Source: Candidatus Hermodarchaeota archaeon
Lineage (GTDB): Archaea > Asgardarchaeota > Lokiarchaeia > Sigyniarchaeales > SOKP01
Direction: 5' to 3'
Assembly: GCA_048885925.1 (NCBI GenBank)
Contig: JBHLLG010000003.1
Coordinates: forward strand, 23,727-87,726
DNA: 64,000 nucleotides
The position numbers and the translations under genes are program-made. The notes under the pieces were generated by a model that was not told where the DNA came from, did no database searches, and worked only from the letters and a program-made list of their open reading frames with translations. Shown here in pieces: positions 1-11,500 of this stretch; within the stretch, counting starts at the first letter, position 1; every line of letters starts with the position of its first letter.

Positions 1-207
1 TTCTTTTATTTGTTCATGGTCTAATTCTGATTTTTGTTTGATTTGTTCAAACGTTAATGATGGTTTCTTGAAAACTAAAAGAAATTTGGCTTGTTCTTCA
101 TTTATGACTAACTGAAGAAATTGTATAAGAGTATCAGTAATAGGAAATGGAAATGCTCCTGCTTTAACAATTTTTCTTGCTACTTTATACCATAATCTAT
201 CAATCAT
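1..207 (-). CDS. hypothetical protein, N-terminal fragment (gene runs off the window start)
   Basis: A reverse-strand ATG at 205-207 opens a frame that stays open to position 1. Hand translation: MIDRLWYKVARKIVKAGAFPFPITDTLIQFLQLVINEEQAKFLLVFKKPSLTFEQIKQKSELDHEQIKE... No family recognised. Confidence 0.35.
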   Translation of the reverse strand, partial: MIDRLWYKVARKIVKAGAFPFPITDTLIQFLQLVINEEQAKFLLVFKKPSLTFEQIKQKSELDHEQIKE

Positions 208-427
208 TTTATTAATATCCCCTCTTAATTTTTTTGAAATTAATTTTTAACTTATAAAAAAATCCATGATTTAATTACATTATTAGAATAGTCCATAATG
301 AAATTAAATTAGAGGATATCAATAGCTATAAATTAGAATCCATAAATTCTAATGACTCTTTATTATTTTTAATCAATAGCTCTTCTATTCCCATTAACCC
401 ACAAATGGGTTGAGGTAAAATAAAGAT

Positions 428-601
428 ATGATGAGAGAAGTCCAAGAACGAATAAATAAATTGGAGCTCACTATAAATCTTTTAGAAGAACATTTAAAAA
501 AGTATGAACACCTCATAGAATCCCTCCCTCTTAAGTTTATTAAAAGACAGATTAAGTTCTATAAACGCGAACTCAAAATAAGGAAAGATTATCCTCTATA
601 A
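428..601 (+). CDS. small hypothetical ORF (57 aa, charged and helical)
   Basis: Hand-translated ATG..TAA ORF below the ORF-track length cut-off: MMREVQERINKLELTINLLEEHLKKYEHLIESLPLKFIKRQIKFYKRELKIRKDYPL. Heptad-like L/I spacing. No homology recognised. Confidence 0.2.
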   Translation: MMREVQERINKLELTINLLEEHLKKYEHLIESLPLKFIKRQIKFYKRELKIRKDYPL

Positions 602-794
602 AATGCTAAAATTCCTCTTTTTATTCCAATTTTCATACTCAAAAGTATAATCTTGTTATTATCTTTAATTTCAGTTATCAATTATGGAATTAAACCTTTC
701 TAATTTGGAATCTGAATATTATTAAATATAAAAACAATAGTACCTTTTAAGATGCAATTATAAGATATTATCACAGAACATTCTTTTTTTTATT

Positions 795-2108
795 ATGATA
801 GAAAATAAAGTTCGGTTTAAAAACAGTTATATAGGAATATTTTCACTTAATTATTTTATTCAGGGAATGAATCAGAGTATGTTTACTGTTGTTATTCCTA
901 TTTATTTAATTTTAGAGTTAGGTTCAATAGGAGGGGAAAATATTGCATTTTTAACATCAATTGTTTTGTTACCTTTTGCTATTAAATTTATTTACGGAAT
1001 GTTAAGCGATAAAATTGCATTAAAAAAGCTAGGGAGACGAAAACCTTGGATTATTGCGTTCATGATTATTTCTGGTTTCATTTGGATATTTATTCCTTTT
1101 ATTATTGAAGCTGAAAAAGCATTTATTATATTTACCTTAGGGGGTATATTTATTGCTCTTGGAGTTGCCATTGCGGATACAGCTATCGATGGTTTAATTC
1201 TTGATATTTGCCCTAAAGAGAAACTTGGAAGGGTACAAGGAATATGTTGGGGAGTAAGATCACTAGGAATTATTATAGGAGGGCCTTTAATTGTAGTTCT
1301 ATATCTCTTAATTGGAGGGAGTATTGATTTAATCTTTATCATATTGGGAATTTTGATGATAATATCACCCCTAACGATTTTTCTAGTAAAAGAAATTGCT
1401 ATAATTACAAAAATAAAAATTATTCCCAATTTAAAATTAATTTTTGGAAAAAGAAAGAATTGGAAAGTCTATATGTTTTCATTGTTTAATTCATTTGTTG
1501 ATGGAGTAATTTTTGTTTTCTTATCTCTCTATATTATTATTCAAACCCCATTACTTGAAGCTGAGGGTGCAACAATAGGAATTCTAGAGACTGATGCTGA
1601 TTTATATGGACCTAATGCATTTATATCATTCATAATTGGTATAGGTGTAATTTTAGGATCATTAATAGGAGGTCATATTGCAGATTTAAAATCTCGAAGA
1701 ATGAGTGTCTATTCATCACTTTTGGTCACAACCATCTTTATACTTCTATTTTTAATACCTGCTCCTGTTCCAATTTTGATAGTTTTTGCATTTTTAATTG
1801 GATCTTCATCAGGATGGAGACAAGCTGGCTTTTCTGCTGTAATTGGTCAGATATCAACACAATACCCAGAAGTTGATTGTACTTATTTTGCTACATGTAA
1901 TTCATTTATCAATTTTGGAGCTGTTTTAGGATTGCAAATTACCGGATTATTGTTTATTAGTTTAACAGGATTAAGTACATATGCGATTTATGCAATAGTA
2001 TTTATCTTTATGATATTTATGTCAAATCTTGGATTTATACCTTTTTTGACAATAGACTCTAATGAATATGAATTAATATCAAAAAGAAAAGAACCTAAAA
2101 ATATGTAA
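795..2108 (+). CDS. MFS-type transporter (BT1/folate-biopterin-transporter-like)
   Basis: 437 aa with about 12 hydrophobic segments. The loop 'GMLSDKIALKKLGRRKPW' after TM2 resembles MFS motif A. The N-terminal 'LNYFIQG' is reminiscent of the BT1 family. Confidence 0.6.
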   Translation: MIENKVRFKNSYIGIFSLNYFIQGMNQSMFTVVIPIYLILELGSIGGENIAFLTSIVLLPFAIKFIYGMLSDKIALKKLGRRKPWIIAFMIISGFIWIFIPFIIEAEKAFIIFTLGGIFIALGVAIADTAIDGLILDICPKEKLGRVQGICWGVRSLGIIIGGPLIVVLYLLIGGSIDLIFIILGILMIISPLTIFLVKEIAIITKIKIIPNLKLIFGKRKNWKVYMFSLFNSFVDGVIFVFLSLYIIIQTPLLEAEGATIGILETDADLYGPNAFISFIIGIGVILGSLIGGHIADLKSRRMSVYSSLLVTTIFILLFLIPAPVPILIVFAFLIGSSSGWRQAGFSAVIGQISTQYPEVDCTYFATCNSFINFGAVLGLQITGLLFISLTGLSTYAIYAIVFIFMIFMSNLGFIPFLTIDSNEYELISKRKEPKNM

Positions 2109-2114
2109 GATTTA

Positions 2115-3377
2115 TTGTTTCTAAAAAGGTTTATTCTTTTATTAATAATAAAATCATATAAAAATAAACCTAATTTTAAAGATAAGGTGATTCAAATTAG
2201 AATAGAATATTCTGAGAGGGTAAAAAGGCTTCCAACATATATATTTGTTGAAATAGAGCAACTTTTAGAGGAGAAGAGGAAAAAAGGTGTTGATCTTATA
2301 CCTTTAGGAATTGGAGATCCTGACTTAAAAACTCCTGATTTGATCATTAATGAATTGATTGAACAGGTTAAGAATCCAAGAAACCATAACTATCCTTCAA
2401 GTATGGGAGAAGAAGATTTTAGAGAAGCAGTGGCACGATGGTATAAAGTCAGATTTAATTTGAATTTAAATCCAAAAGATGAAATTTCTAACATAATTGG
2501 AGGAAAAGAAGGGGTGGCGAATATTGCACGAGCATTTGTAAATACGAAAGATGTTGTACTTTGTCCTAATCCCGGTTATCCTGTTTATGAGAATGGAGCA
2601 ACAAAATTATGTGATGCGGATCCCTATTTAATGCCTTTATTAAAAGAGAACCAATTTTTACCTGATTTAGACTCTATTGATGATGATGTTCTTAAAAAGA
2701 CAAAATTAATGTATTTAAATTATCCAAATAATCCAACAGGCGCAATAGCATCGAAAGAATTCCTGAAGAAAGCAGTTGATTATGCTGAAGATTATAATTT
2801 TTTCATTATTCACGATAATCCTTATTCAGAGTTTACGTTTGGAGATTATATAGCCCCCTCAATATTACAAATTGATCAAAACCATGTAGAGATCAATAGT
2901 GCATCAAAAATGTTTAATATGACTGGTTTTAGGTGTGGTTGGATAGCTGGTAATAAAGATGTTATAAAAGGATTAAGAAATATTAAATCTCAAATTGATT
3001 CAGGGTGTCCTAAGTTTATACAAAGAGCTGTAATTAAAGGTTTAAATGAATATAAATCAGAAAAGAAGCCAAACATTGTTGATAATATAGTTAAAGTTTA
3101 TGAAAAACGTAGAGATGTCCTTATAAAAGGTTTAAATGATATTGGGTGGATGACGAAAAAACCACAAGCAACTTTTTATGTCTGGACTCAAGTTCCAAAG
3201 AAATATCAAGAGATCAGTTGTATGGATTTTGTAAAAAAATTAATAGATGTTGGAGTTGTTATAACACCAGGAATTGGTTTTGGTCAATATGGGGAGGGTT
3301 TTGTAAGATTTGCATTAACACAACCTGAAGAAAGAATAATTGATGCATTACAACGAATAAAAAAAGTAATTAATTAA
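2115..3377 (+). CDS. dapL: class I/II PLP aminotransferase, LL-diaminopimelate aminotransferase (DapL)-like
   Basis: Motifs 'RLPTYIFVEIE', 'LGIGDPDLKTP', 'YLNYPNNPTG' and the PLP-lysine motif 'SASKMFNMTGFRCGW'. The first ~24 residues of the tracked ORF look non-native. The in-frame GTG at 2187 (VIQIRIEYSERVKRLP...) is a more plausible start. Confidence 0.65.
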   Translation: MFLKRFILLLIIKSYKNKPNFKDKVIQIRIEYSERVKRLPTYIFVEIEQLLEEKRKKGVDLIPLGIGDPDLKTPDLIINELIEQVKNPRNHNYPSSMGEEDFREAVARWYKVRFNLNLNPKDEISNIIGGKEGVANIARAFVNTKDVVLCPNPGYPVYENGATKLCDADPYLMPLLKENQFLPDLDSIDDDVLKKTKLMYLNYPNNPTGAIASKEFLKKAVDYAEDYNFFIIHDNPYSEFTFGDYIAPSILQIDQNHVEINSASKMFNMTGFRCGWIAGNKDVIKGLRNIKSQIDSGCPKFIQRAVIKGLNEYKSEKKPNIVDNIVKVYEKRRDVLIKGLNDIGWMTKKPQATFYVWTQVPKKYQEISCMDFVKKLIDVGVVITPGIGFGQYGEGFVRFALTQPEERIIDALQRIKKVIN

Positions 3378-4019
3378 GTAAGATTAAAGAATTAAAAAAA
3401 ATTATATCATTTTAAAATTTAGAATCAGATTATTTTTCATTTTGAAGAGTATTTCCTCCTAAGATACCCCAGCTTTTTCGCATCTTCAACCTCAAGATTT
3501 TCTATTAAATCATTTGGGCTATCAAATGCTAACATAACTGGAGCTTTAGAAGAATCCCAATTTTTATAATAATCTAATATTAGATCCAATTTATCGGATT
3601 CTTCTTCCAGTAGTTTTCACCTCCTTTTTCTTTATTTAGCTTCCACGTAGAAGAATCAATCCCTATTCTCCCTAGATTTTACAATTTTCAGAAATATTAT
3701 GTTAAGAGAACAAATCCTTCAAAGTTATAAAAAAGAGGGAGTAAATAAGGATTTATTCTCTTCATAATACTAACTTTAATGGGATAATAAAGGCTTTCTT
3801 ATAGCCTACCCATGTACAAGTAGTATTATGATGTGAAAAACTCATTAAATAAGAAATATTAGAATAACCTTATAAACTTTCCCATTTCCTTCCCATTTGT
3901 CAAATTATTCAGATATATTGAGTTGACAATTAAGTATAACGAGTGTTTGATTAAATATCATAAAAATCTATTAAATCAAGTACAATTTTAATTATCTAAG
4001 TCATTCACTTTCTAATATT

Positions 4020-5357
4020 ATGGTTTTAAAAAGCATGGATAAAAAAATTGTCTTAGTAGGCGCGGGAAGTACTAGTTTTGGACCTAAAATGTTTAATGAT
4101 ATTTTTTTAAGTGACATATTGGAAGGTTCAACTATAGTTCTTCATGATATCAATAAAGAGAAACTAGAGATGATTTATGAATTATTGACAGTTGAAAATG
4201 AAAAGCGTGGTAGTAAATTCAATCTTGAAAGTACGATTGACCGAGTGAAAGCTCTCAAAGGGGCTGACTTTATAATCAATTCTATAGAAGTTGGTGATAG
4301 AATGAAATTATGGCGACAAGATTATGAGATACCAAGAAAATATGGTTCAAAACAAATATTAGGAGAATGTGGAGGTCCTGGTGGCACTTTTCATGCGTGG
4401 AGAATAATTTCTCCAATTGTTGATATAGTTAGAGATGCTGATAAGATTTGTCCTAATGCATTTTTGATAAACTTCTCTAATCCTTTATCCCGAGTATCTT
4501 TGGCTATTAAACGAACTGTAAAAGATCTGAAATTTATTGGTTTATGTCATCAAATAGGCTTCCTTACAAAACACTTACCCTCTATGTTTAAATATTCAAT
4601 AAAAGAGCTTAAAATAAAAGTAGCAGGCCTCAATCATTTTGCTTTTCTTTTAGGATTAGAGGAGATGGCTAAAGGAAAGGATTTAATGCCAAAATTTAAC
4701 AAAAAAGCTATTAACTACTTCAAAGAAAATGAAGATCGGTTTGAATTTTCTAAATTAACTCTTGAAGTCTTCAAAAGATTTGGATATTTTTCTTATGTTG
4801 GAGATAATCATCTTGGAGAATACTTGATTTTTGGATCTGAGTTCACAAAAAAGCAGGACATGATAGATTGGATAAATTATATAGATAACCAAGGTCAAAT
4901 GGTATATGCAATGTTTGAGAATTATTATAAAAGATTTAAAAGAGGAAGATATCCGAATAAAGGGGTTTTATTAAAGAAACCTTCTGGTGAACGAGCGATT
5001 CCAATAATAGAGGCAATAATTAAAAATGAAAATTCTTATGAAATTGCCGTTAATATTCCTAATGATAATATAATCGATAATTTGCCAAATGATTTAATTT
5101 TAGAATGTTCAGCAATTGTGAATAGAGATGGTGTGCATGGTGTTAAAATAGGTTCCTTACCCACAAGTATAGCTGCTCTACTGCGTATTGAAGCTTCAAT
5201 CCAAGATTTTTGTGTCGAGGCAGTTTTAAAAAAATCTAAAGATATTGCAATCGCTTGTTTAGCAGTAGATCCGAATGTTGGAAGTTTCGAAATGGCAGAA
5301 AACATCTACAACGATATGATTGAAGTACAAAAAGCCTTTTTACCCAATTTTAAATAA
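4020..5357 (+). CDS. glycoside hydrolase family 4 (NAD+/metal-dependent alpha-glucosidase/galactosidase type)
   Basis: N-terminal Rossmann motif 'KIVLVGAGSTSFG', 'INFSNP', and the 'IGLCHQ' Cys-His site characteristic of GH4. The 445-aa length fits the family. Confidence 0.7.
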   Translation: MVLKSMDKKIVLVGAGSTSFGPKMFNDIFLSDILEGSTIVLHDINKEKLEMIYELLTVENEKRGSKFNLESTIDRVKALKGADFIINSIEVGDRMKLWRQDYEIPRKYGSKQILGECGGPGGTFHAWRIISPIVDIVRDADKICPNAFLINFSNPLSRVSLAIKRTVKDLKFIGLCHQIGFLTKHLPSMFKYSIKELKIKVAGLNHFAFLLGLEEMAKGKDLMPKFNKKAINYFKENEDRFEFSKLTLEVFKRFGYFSYVGDNHLGEYLIFGSEFTKKQDMIDWINYIDNQGQMVYAMFENYYKRFKRGRYPNKGVLLKKPSGERAIPIIEAIIKNENSYEIAVNIPNDNIIDNLPNDLILECSAIVNRDGVHGVKIGSLPTSIAALLRIEASIQDFCVEAVLKKSKDIAIACLAVDPNVGSFEMAENIYNDMIEVQKAFLPNFK

Positions 5358-5534
5358 TCTTGTCTTTTTTACATTTGTTAAATTTTACTACTAAAATAAG
5401 AGATTTAGTGGTATTTTCTTGACTTTTACTAGTAATAGTTTGAATTAATCTTTAAATATTCTAACAAATTAGTAAATTTACCTCTGATAGATTTATAAAC
5501 TTAAAATTACATTAAACTCACGATCCAATTAATT

Positions 5535-8500
5535 TTGCAATGGGCGATGAAAGCAGATAATAATAATTCGCAAGAAAAAATAAGAAAAGCCACTGAGTTG
5601 CTTCAAAAGTCCTGGTGGTTTTCATGGTTCTTAATAATTGCTCCTTTAACAACAGCGATAGTTGGCTTTTTTATTTTTCGTCTTTTCCGAATAGAGTTTT
5701 ATTTGGCACTTTCTTTCGCTGTTGTTGTTTTTATGTTTGCTTTACTACTTTTTTATAAAGCCTTCGATAAATACAGAAATAATCCATTTTTTCTTGATAA
5801 AACTAACAATCTCAAAGCAAGAATTCATATTATATTTTTAATTTCTACTTTAGCATTTATTGCAACTCCCATTTTTATTCTTATATCGCCAGTAGGATAC
5901 TCATTTATTACACTTCCATTAATCAGTTATGCTCTTCTCTATAATATTGTTTATTATTATTGTTATTTCCAACCATTAGACTTTTATGATTTAAATAAAG
6001 GAGAATTCAAGCATGCTCAGGATTTTAAATTAATATTAAAACAACCATATAATTTCTTACTTTTCCTAAATTATATTATTCATATAATTTTTTTATCCAT
6101 TACTGCTTCCACTAATTTCTCTTGGCTTTATTCTCTTATAACAAACCTATTCATATATTTCATTACTATAACAAGTACTAAGAAACAAATTAATGAAATA
6201 GATGTTCTAATATTAGAAAAGAAATCATTCTTGAAAGAATTAACGTTATATAAATTAAAATTAACGATTTCTTTGATTAACCTCATTTTTATTTTATTAA
6301 TTCAACTACCCTTTATAGTATTAATAACTTCAATTCTTTCAGGTACCCATTATTCAAATATAGAGCTTGTAAATAGCTTTTTTTTATCTCTAATATTTAT
6401 CTTGTTTTATTTTAAATCTAGGTTTTATATTAGTTTTTACTATACTTCCAGGCTTACTGTCTACGAAGAAGCTGAAAAATTAAAAGACGTTCAAGAGAGA
6501 CCACCATTTTTAAGTAATAAGTATCAAAAGTACAATTCTTATTTTTCTGGACTATTAATTCTTTTGATAATGCTTTTCTCATTTCTAATTAATATTCCAG
6601 TATTGATATTATTTATTCTTCCTTTTCTTTATATACTCTTTCATTATGAACAGAAGTCAGATCTTTGTTCTAAAAAATACAACAAATATATTATCCTACT
6701 AAACTCTTTTGTTATTTTAATTTCTATTTGTTTTGGGCTTTTACCACAAATTTCGGAAATATTTTACATAAATATTCAATTTATTTCATTTTTATTTTTG
6801 TCATATTTTGCATTACAATTATTTGCGAAATTTGGGTATTTTAACAAAGATAATATTATTATTTATCAAAATATAATTGGAGTTTCTTGTTTTTCTATAA
6901 TATTATATTCTTTTTTTCCCATTGTTATTTTTGAATATATTTCATTTACATCTGATCCATTTATTATATTCATTTCAAATTTTTTAGTCCATTCAATATT
7001 AATTTTGATAATTTTATTAATTTCTTTTTATGTATTATATATTCGTTTCTTTTATGCCAAACGTCCAAAATTATTTAAAGTCAGCGTAGTTGCTAATATT
7101 TTTGTAATTGAATTAATTCTATTTATTTTAATTAATCTGAGAATATTTTATTTAGTTGAACTTTTTACATTTTTCCAAATTTTAATTTTGTCAACTATTT
7201 TATTTCCTTTAATTTTTATAATCTTTGTATCAATAAACTATTTCATGGGTATCCTCCCCCTAAAAAACTTTCTGCTACTCACATATTATTCTTTTTGGAT
7301 GTTAATTTTAACTGTTTTTCTATCAATCTCTTTAACTTTTTTTAACAATTATATTATAATAACTCTCGATCTTTTATTGTTATCTATTTTACTTCATTAT
7401 AACATAAAATTTGGATTAAATTTGGATAAAATAACCGCTAAAACTTTTAAAAAATTTGTAAAAGTCAATTCCTATTTATTAACTTTTGAGCTTTTCTTTT
7501 TATTTTACAATATTTTTTTCGTAGCTTTTCAGGCGTTATTATTATTTGATAACATAATATATTCAACTTATTTATCCTTAGCGATAATTTGCACTTTAAT
7601 TAATCTATTTTCTAAAAGGGAGATCTTTTCAGAAGCGCTTTATATAAAAATAAACGTCTTTATTTTACTATACAGCTCAATTATAACATTTTATTTTTTT
7701 TTATTGTTAACACTCAATACATTTTATGTCTTAATTATTCCTATTTTAACCTCAAGCATTGTTCTTTACATTCCAATTTTATATTTAAGAAAAAAGAAAT
7801 TATGCTCAAATTTAACTCCCAAATTACTCACATTTAATAGTATTTTATTATCAATAACGTTAGCATTAATTCCCACTATTATAGGCTTAGATTTATTCTA
7901 TTTGGGCATATATTTTGACTTGACTTTTTTAATAATAACAATAATCAATTTTACATTGTATATTCTGTTCTTGATTTTTGCGATAATCAACTATTTATCA
8001 CGTAAAATTAAGATTAGAGAGGAAAGATTAAAATTTTTCTTGAAATTTCAATTGCTTACTGTATTCTGTACAAGTGCTACGACTATATTTTATTATCCCT
8101 ATTTCTTATTAAGCGAGACTTTATATGCAATTGTCTTCCCTTTGATTTTTGTTTGCTGTTTCCTATATTTTCCTCTCTATTACTCTTATAAGAAATCGTT
8201 TTTCAATATAGAGGATGTTAAAAGAATAATAATTCTTAATACAATAATTTTATCTTGTTTATTAACAACAATACCAACTCTAGTTGGCATAAATTTCATT
8301 TATCTTGGAGTTATTTTTGATTTCAATATGTTTTTGTTAAACATATTAAATTTTTCAATCTATATATTCTATTTATTCCTTTTAATCATCAGCAGCTTAT
8401 TAAAAAAATTCAAAATTAAAGAAAATTTCATCTTAATTGTTAATCAAGTACATATTATATTCTTATTTATAATATCTATTACAACAGTTTTCTTTTATCC

Positions 8501-11500
8501 TTTTCTAGTGTTATTAGAATCTTATTATGGCATAATTTTGCCACTAATTGCATTACTTTTTTCATGGTTCTTCCTTTTTTATTATTCTTATAAAAAAGAG
8601 TACTTTAATTTAGAGAGGGTCAAGAAATTGACAATATATAATTTTATTATCTTTTCTTGTTTAATTATTTCTTTACCTACAATTGTAAGTTTGGAATTTA
8701 TTAGAATTGGATTAGAAGTAAATTTAATATTTATATTAACTAGCTCTCTATTCCTACTATTTGTTTTTCTAAAGATTTCTGAGAGTTTAAGTGTAAAAAT
8801 TAAATTAAAAGAGAAATTTATCAAAAATTTTAAGTTATTTGCATTTATTTCTTGGTTTTCGTTTACTTTACTAATATCTTATTATATTGCATCGACATTT
8901 ATAGCTGAAATAGAGTTAACTCCAATAACTTTATTAATATTGAGTTGTAGCTTTTTTACATTTTTTACATTAAGTATTTACAGTTTATTTCTATTTTCTA
9001 GCTATTCAGCGGGATTATCGTATTTAAAATATTTCCAGGATCTTATCATTTATGGGATTATAATTTCAATATCATTTATATTCTTTTTTTTAATACTCTC
9101 AGTAGAGTTTTTCGTATTTCTTTTTATAGGTCCACTGCTATTTAATGTATCAATTTTAATTGGTTCTTTTTTTACAATTTTTCTTTTAATTCTAATAATA
9201 ATTGATAAAATAATAGAAATAAGATTATCTCAATTAAAAATTATAATTGAGCTAATATCATGGCTAATTATAAAGATATTAATATGTTTATCAACCTTTT
9301 CTCTATTTGATTTTTTTACATATCAGTTCTTTGCATATCAGTTCTTTATGATTAATAAGATACTTTTATTTTCACTAATATTTTTGTTTCTTACTCCAAT
9401 AAGTCTGTTTATTTTAAAGAGTTTAAAATATTTAACTACTGAAAATCAATTTTTAATAAAAAAGATCGCTGTTATAATCTTTATCATTTCAATATTAAGT
9501 ATTTATTCTGAAATTTTGTTTAATACTATGAATTTATTACCTATCTTTTATCAGAATTTCCTATTTCATATAACAGTCTTTATGGTAAATTTAATTTTAT
9601 TTGGTTATTATTTTATTTTGATTTTTAATATAACCGTTGAAGAACGTTCTGTTTTAAAATTATTTAGATTTTACATTTTATCATTTATATTATTTATAAG
9701 TCTTCTTTATTTTGGTACAATTTTATCAATTTTTCTTTTATTAATATCCTTTGTTATAATTCTCTCTCAGAGGAGTTCTATTCCAATTTTTCGATTTTTC
9801 TCATATTTCCTACTAAGTTTTTTTACCTTTATTGAAACTATTGTTATTCTAAATACTTATGCTATTATACCCGGATTTGATATACTAATGATGAATATTT
9901 TTATTATTCTTTATCTATTATCCATCAGTGGAGTTTTAGTATTTTCTATTTTATTAAATATAAAAAGAAATAATAATCTGGAGAAAATTTCACTATATTC
10001 TCTCATTTCACTATTATCTTTTGTCTATCTTAATTCATTTACTAAAATATTAATTCTTTACAACATAACAATTTCAGCTTTTATTTTATTGTTATTTATT
10101 GGAATTAACTTGTATCGCCAAAAAGATGAACGATATAAATGGTTTATTAACCCGTGTGTACTTTTATTTATTTTTGATTTTATTAGCTTTTTATCATATT
10201 CATGGTTCTTTAATAATCCAATTTTTAAATTGTATAATCCGATTTTAACTTTTACATTAACTTTAAGTATGACTGGATTTGGATTTATCCTTTTGTATAA
10301 TAAAGCGCCAGCTAGATTTAGGAAGAAGTCTTTTCTTTATGTAATTCTTCCATCAATAGTTTTTTCTTTTCCAACCTTTTTATATTTTCTTATCATCGCT
10401 GCTTTATCTATGCCATTATGGTCTGTAGTCCCTTTTATCGTCGCAATTAATTTTGGAGTTTTTCTTTTTTATTTTTCAATTGGAATTTATCAATGGAGGA
10501 TCTCATGGACAATTTGGAAATCTGGGTGGTATGCTTGGAATATTCTACCTTTTGTTAATTTCTATATAATTTATCAAAATTTTACAGGAATAGATGTATT
10601 AACCAATTCATTACAATTTGGAATGTTTTCCGTTGAAGGATCATTAATTATATCGATAATAATTTGTTCTTTATTTTTTTTACCAGTTGTATACTCTAAA
10701 ATTAAGAAATACTTTTCTCAAATTTTTTTTATTATTTGGGGTGAAAGTCTATTTTTACTCTATTGGATTAGTCAAAATTTGTTTGTTGATGATATATTAC
10801 TGAGAAATTTATCTTTCGTTTTATTCTCTGCGATTTTATTGATGCCTATTTTAGTAGGTTTAAAATTTTGGAAAATTTTGTCAATACTTTGGGTATTTCC
10901 TCTAACATTTATTAACATATGGTTTATATCATCTTATTTGATATCTATAGGAATATCTTTTGAACTTGCATTTTCAATTGATGTTTTGGTTATAGGGTTG
11001 TTATTAATAGTATATTCATTTTTTCCAAATATTAGATCAGTAGTTGTTGTTTTAATAACTGCGTATTTCATAACTTTATTAGGTATTTTCTTAACAATTT
11101 ATTTTGTTCTATATTCTCTAATATTGAACCCATATTTTGCTATAAATATGAGTTTTATTACGGTTGGTTTTAGTCTTTTTTCCTCAAAATATGTAAAGTT
11201 ATCCAAAAGAATTATTGATATATGTCTTTCTTGGATTCTAATAATAAATTTTGCATGGTTAACTTTTAATACATTAAGTTTAATTCCAGGCTTAATAATG
11301 GTTGCTTTTTCATTAGCATTAACTGTTTTAGGTTTTTCCTTCTTCATATTTAATCGTTATAAAATGAAAATTCCTATCAATAAAGCGATTCCATATTTAA
11401 TTTTGACAATTGGAGCGTCATTATCAGCCTCATCTTTAATTTCTATTATCTTTAAAGCATCTCCAGGTATTCTGATTTCTGTCTCTTTTTCAGTATTCAT

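Noticed and set aside
3424-3615. Possible minus-strand small ORF downstream of the aminotransferase gene (…LEEESDKLDLILDYYKNWDSSKAPVMLAFDSPNDLIENLEVEDAKKLGYLRRKYSSK*)
   Set aside because: The frame opens after a TGA and has no ATG, GTG or TTG until an internal Met, which leaves only ~40 aa. The nearby GGAGGTGA is followed by a GTG in a different frame that stops after 9 codons.
992-5305. Nested or antisense ORFs 992-1429 (-), 3146-3328 (+, alternate frame of the aminotransferase) and 5036-5305 (-)
   Set aside because: Each lies entirely within a longer ORF that has clear family motifs (MFS, aminotransferase, GH4). Their translations are low-complexity.
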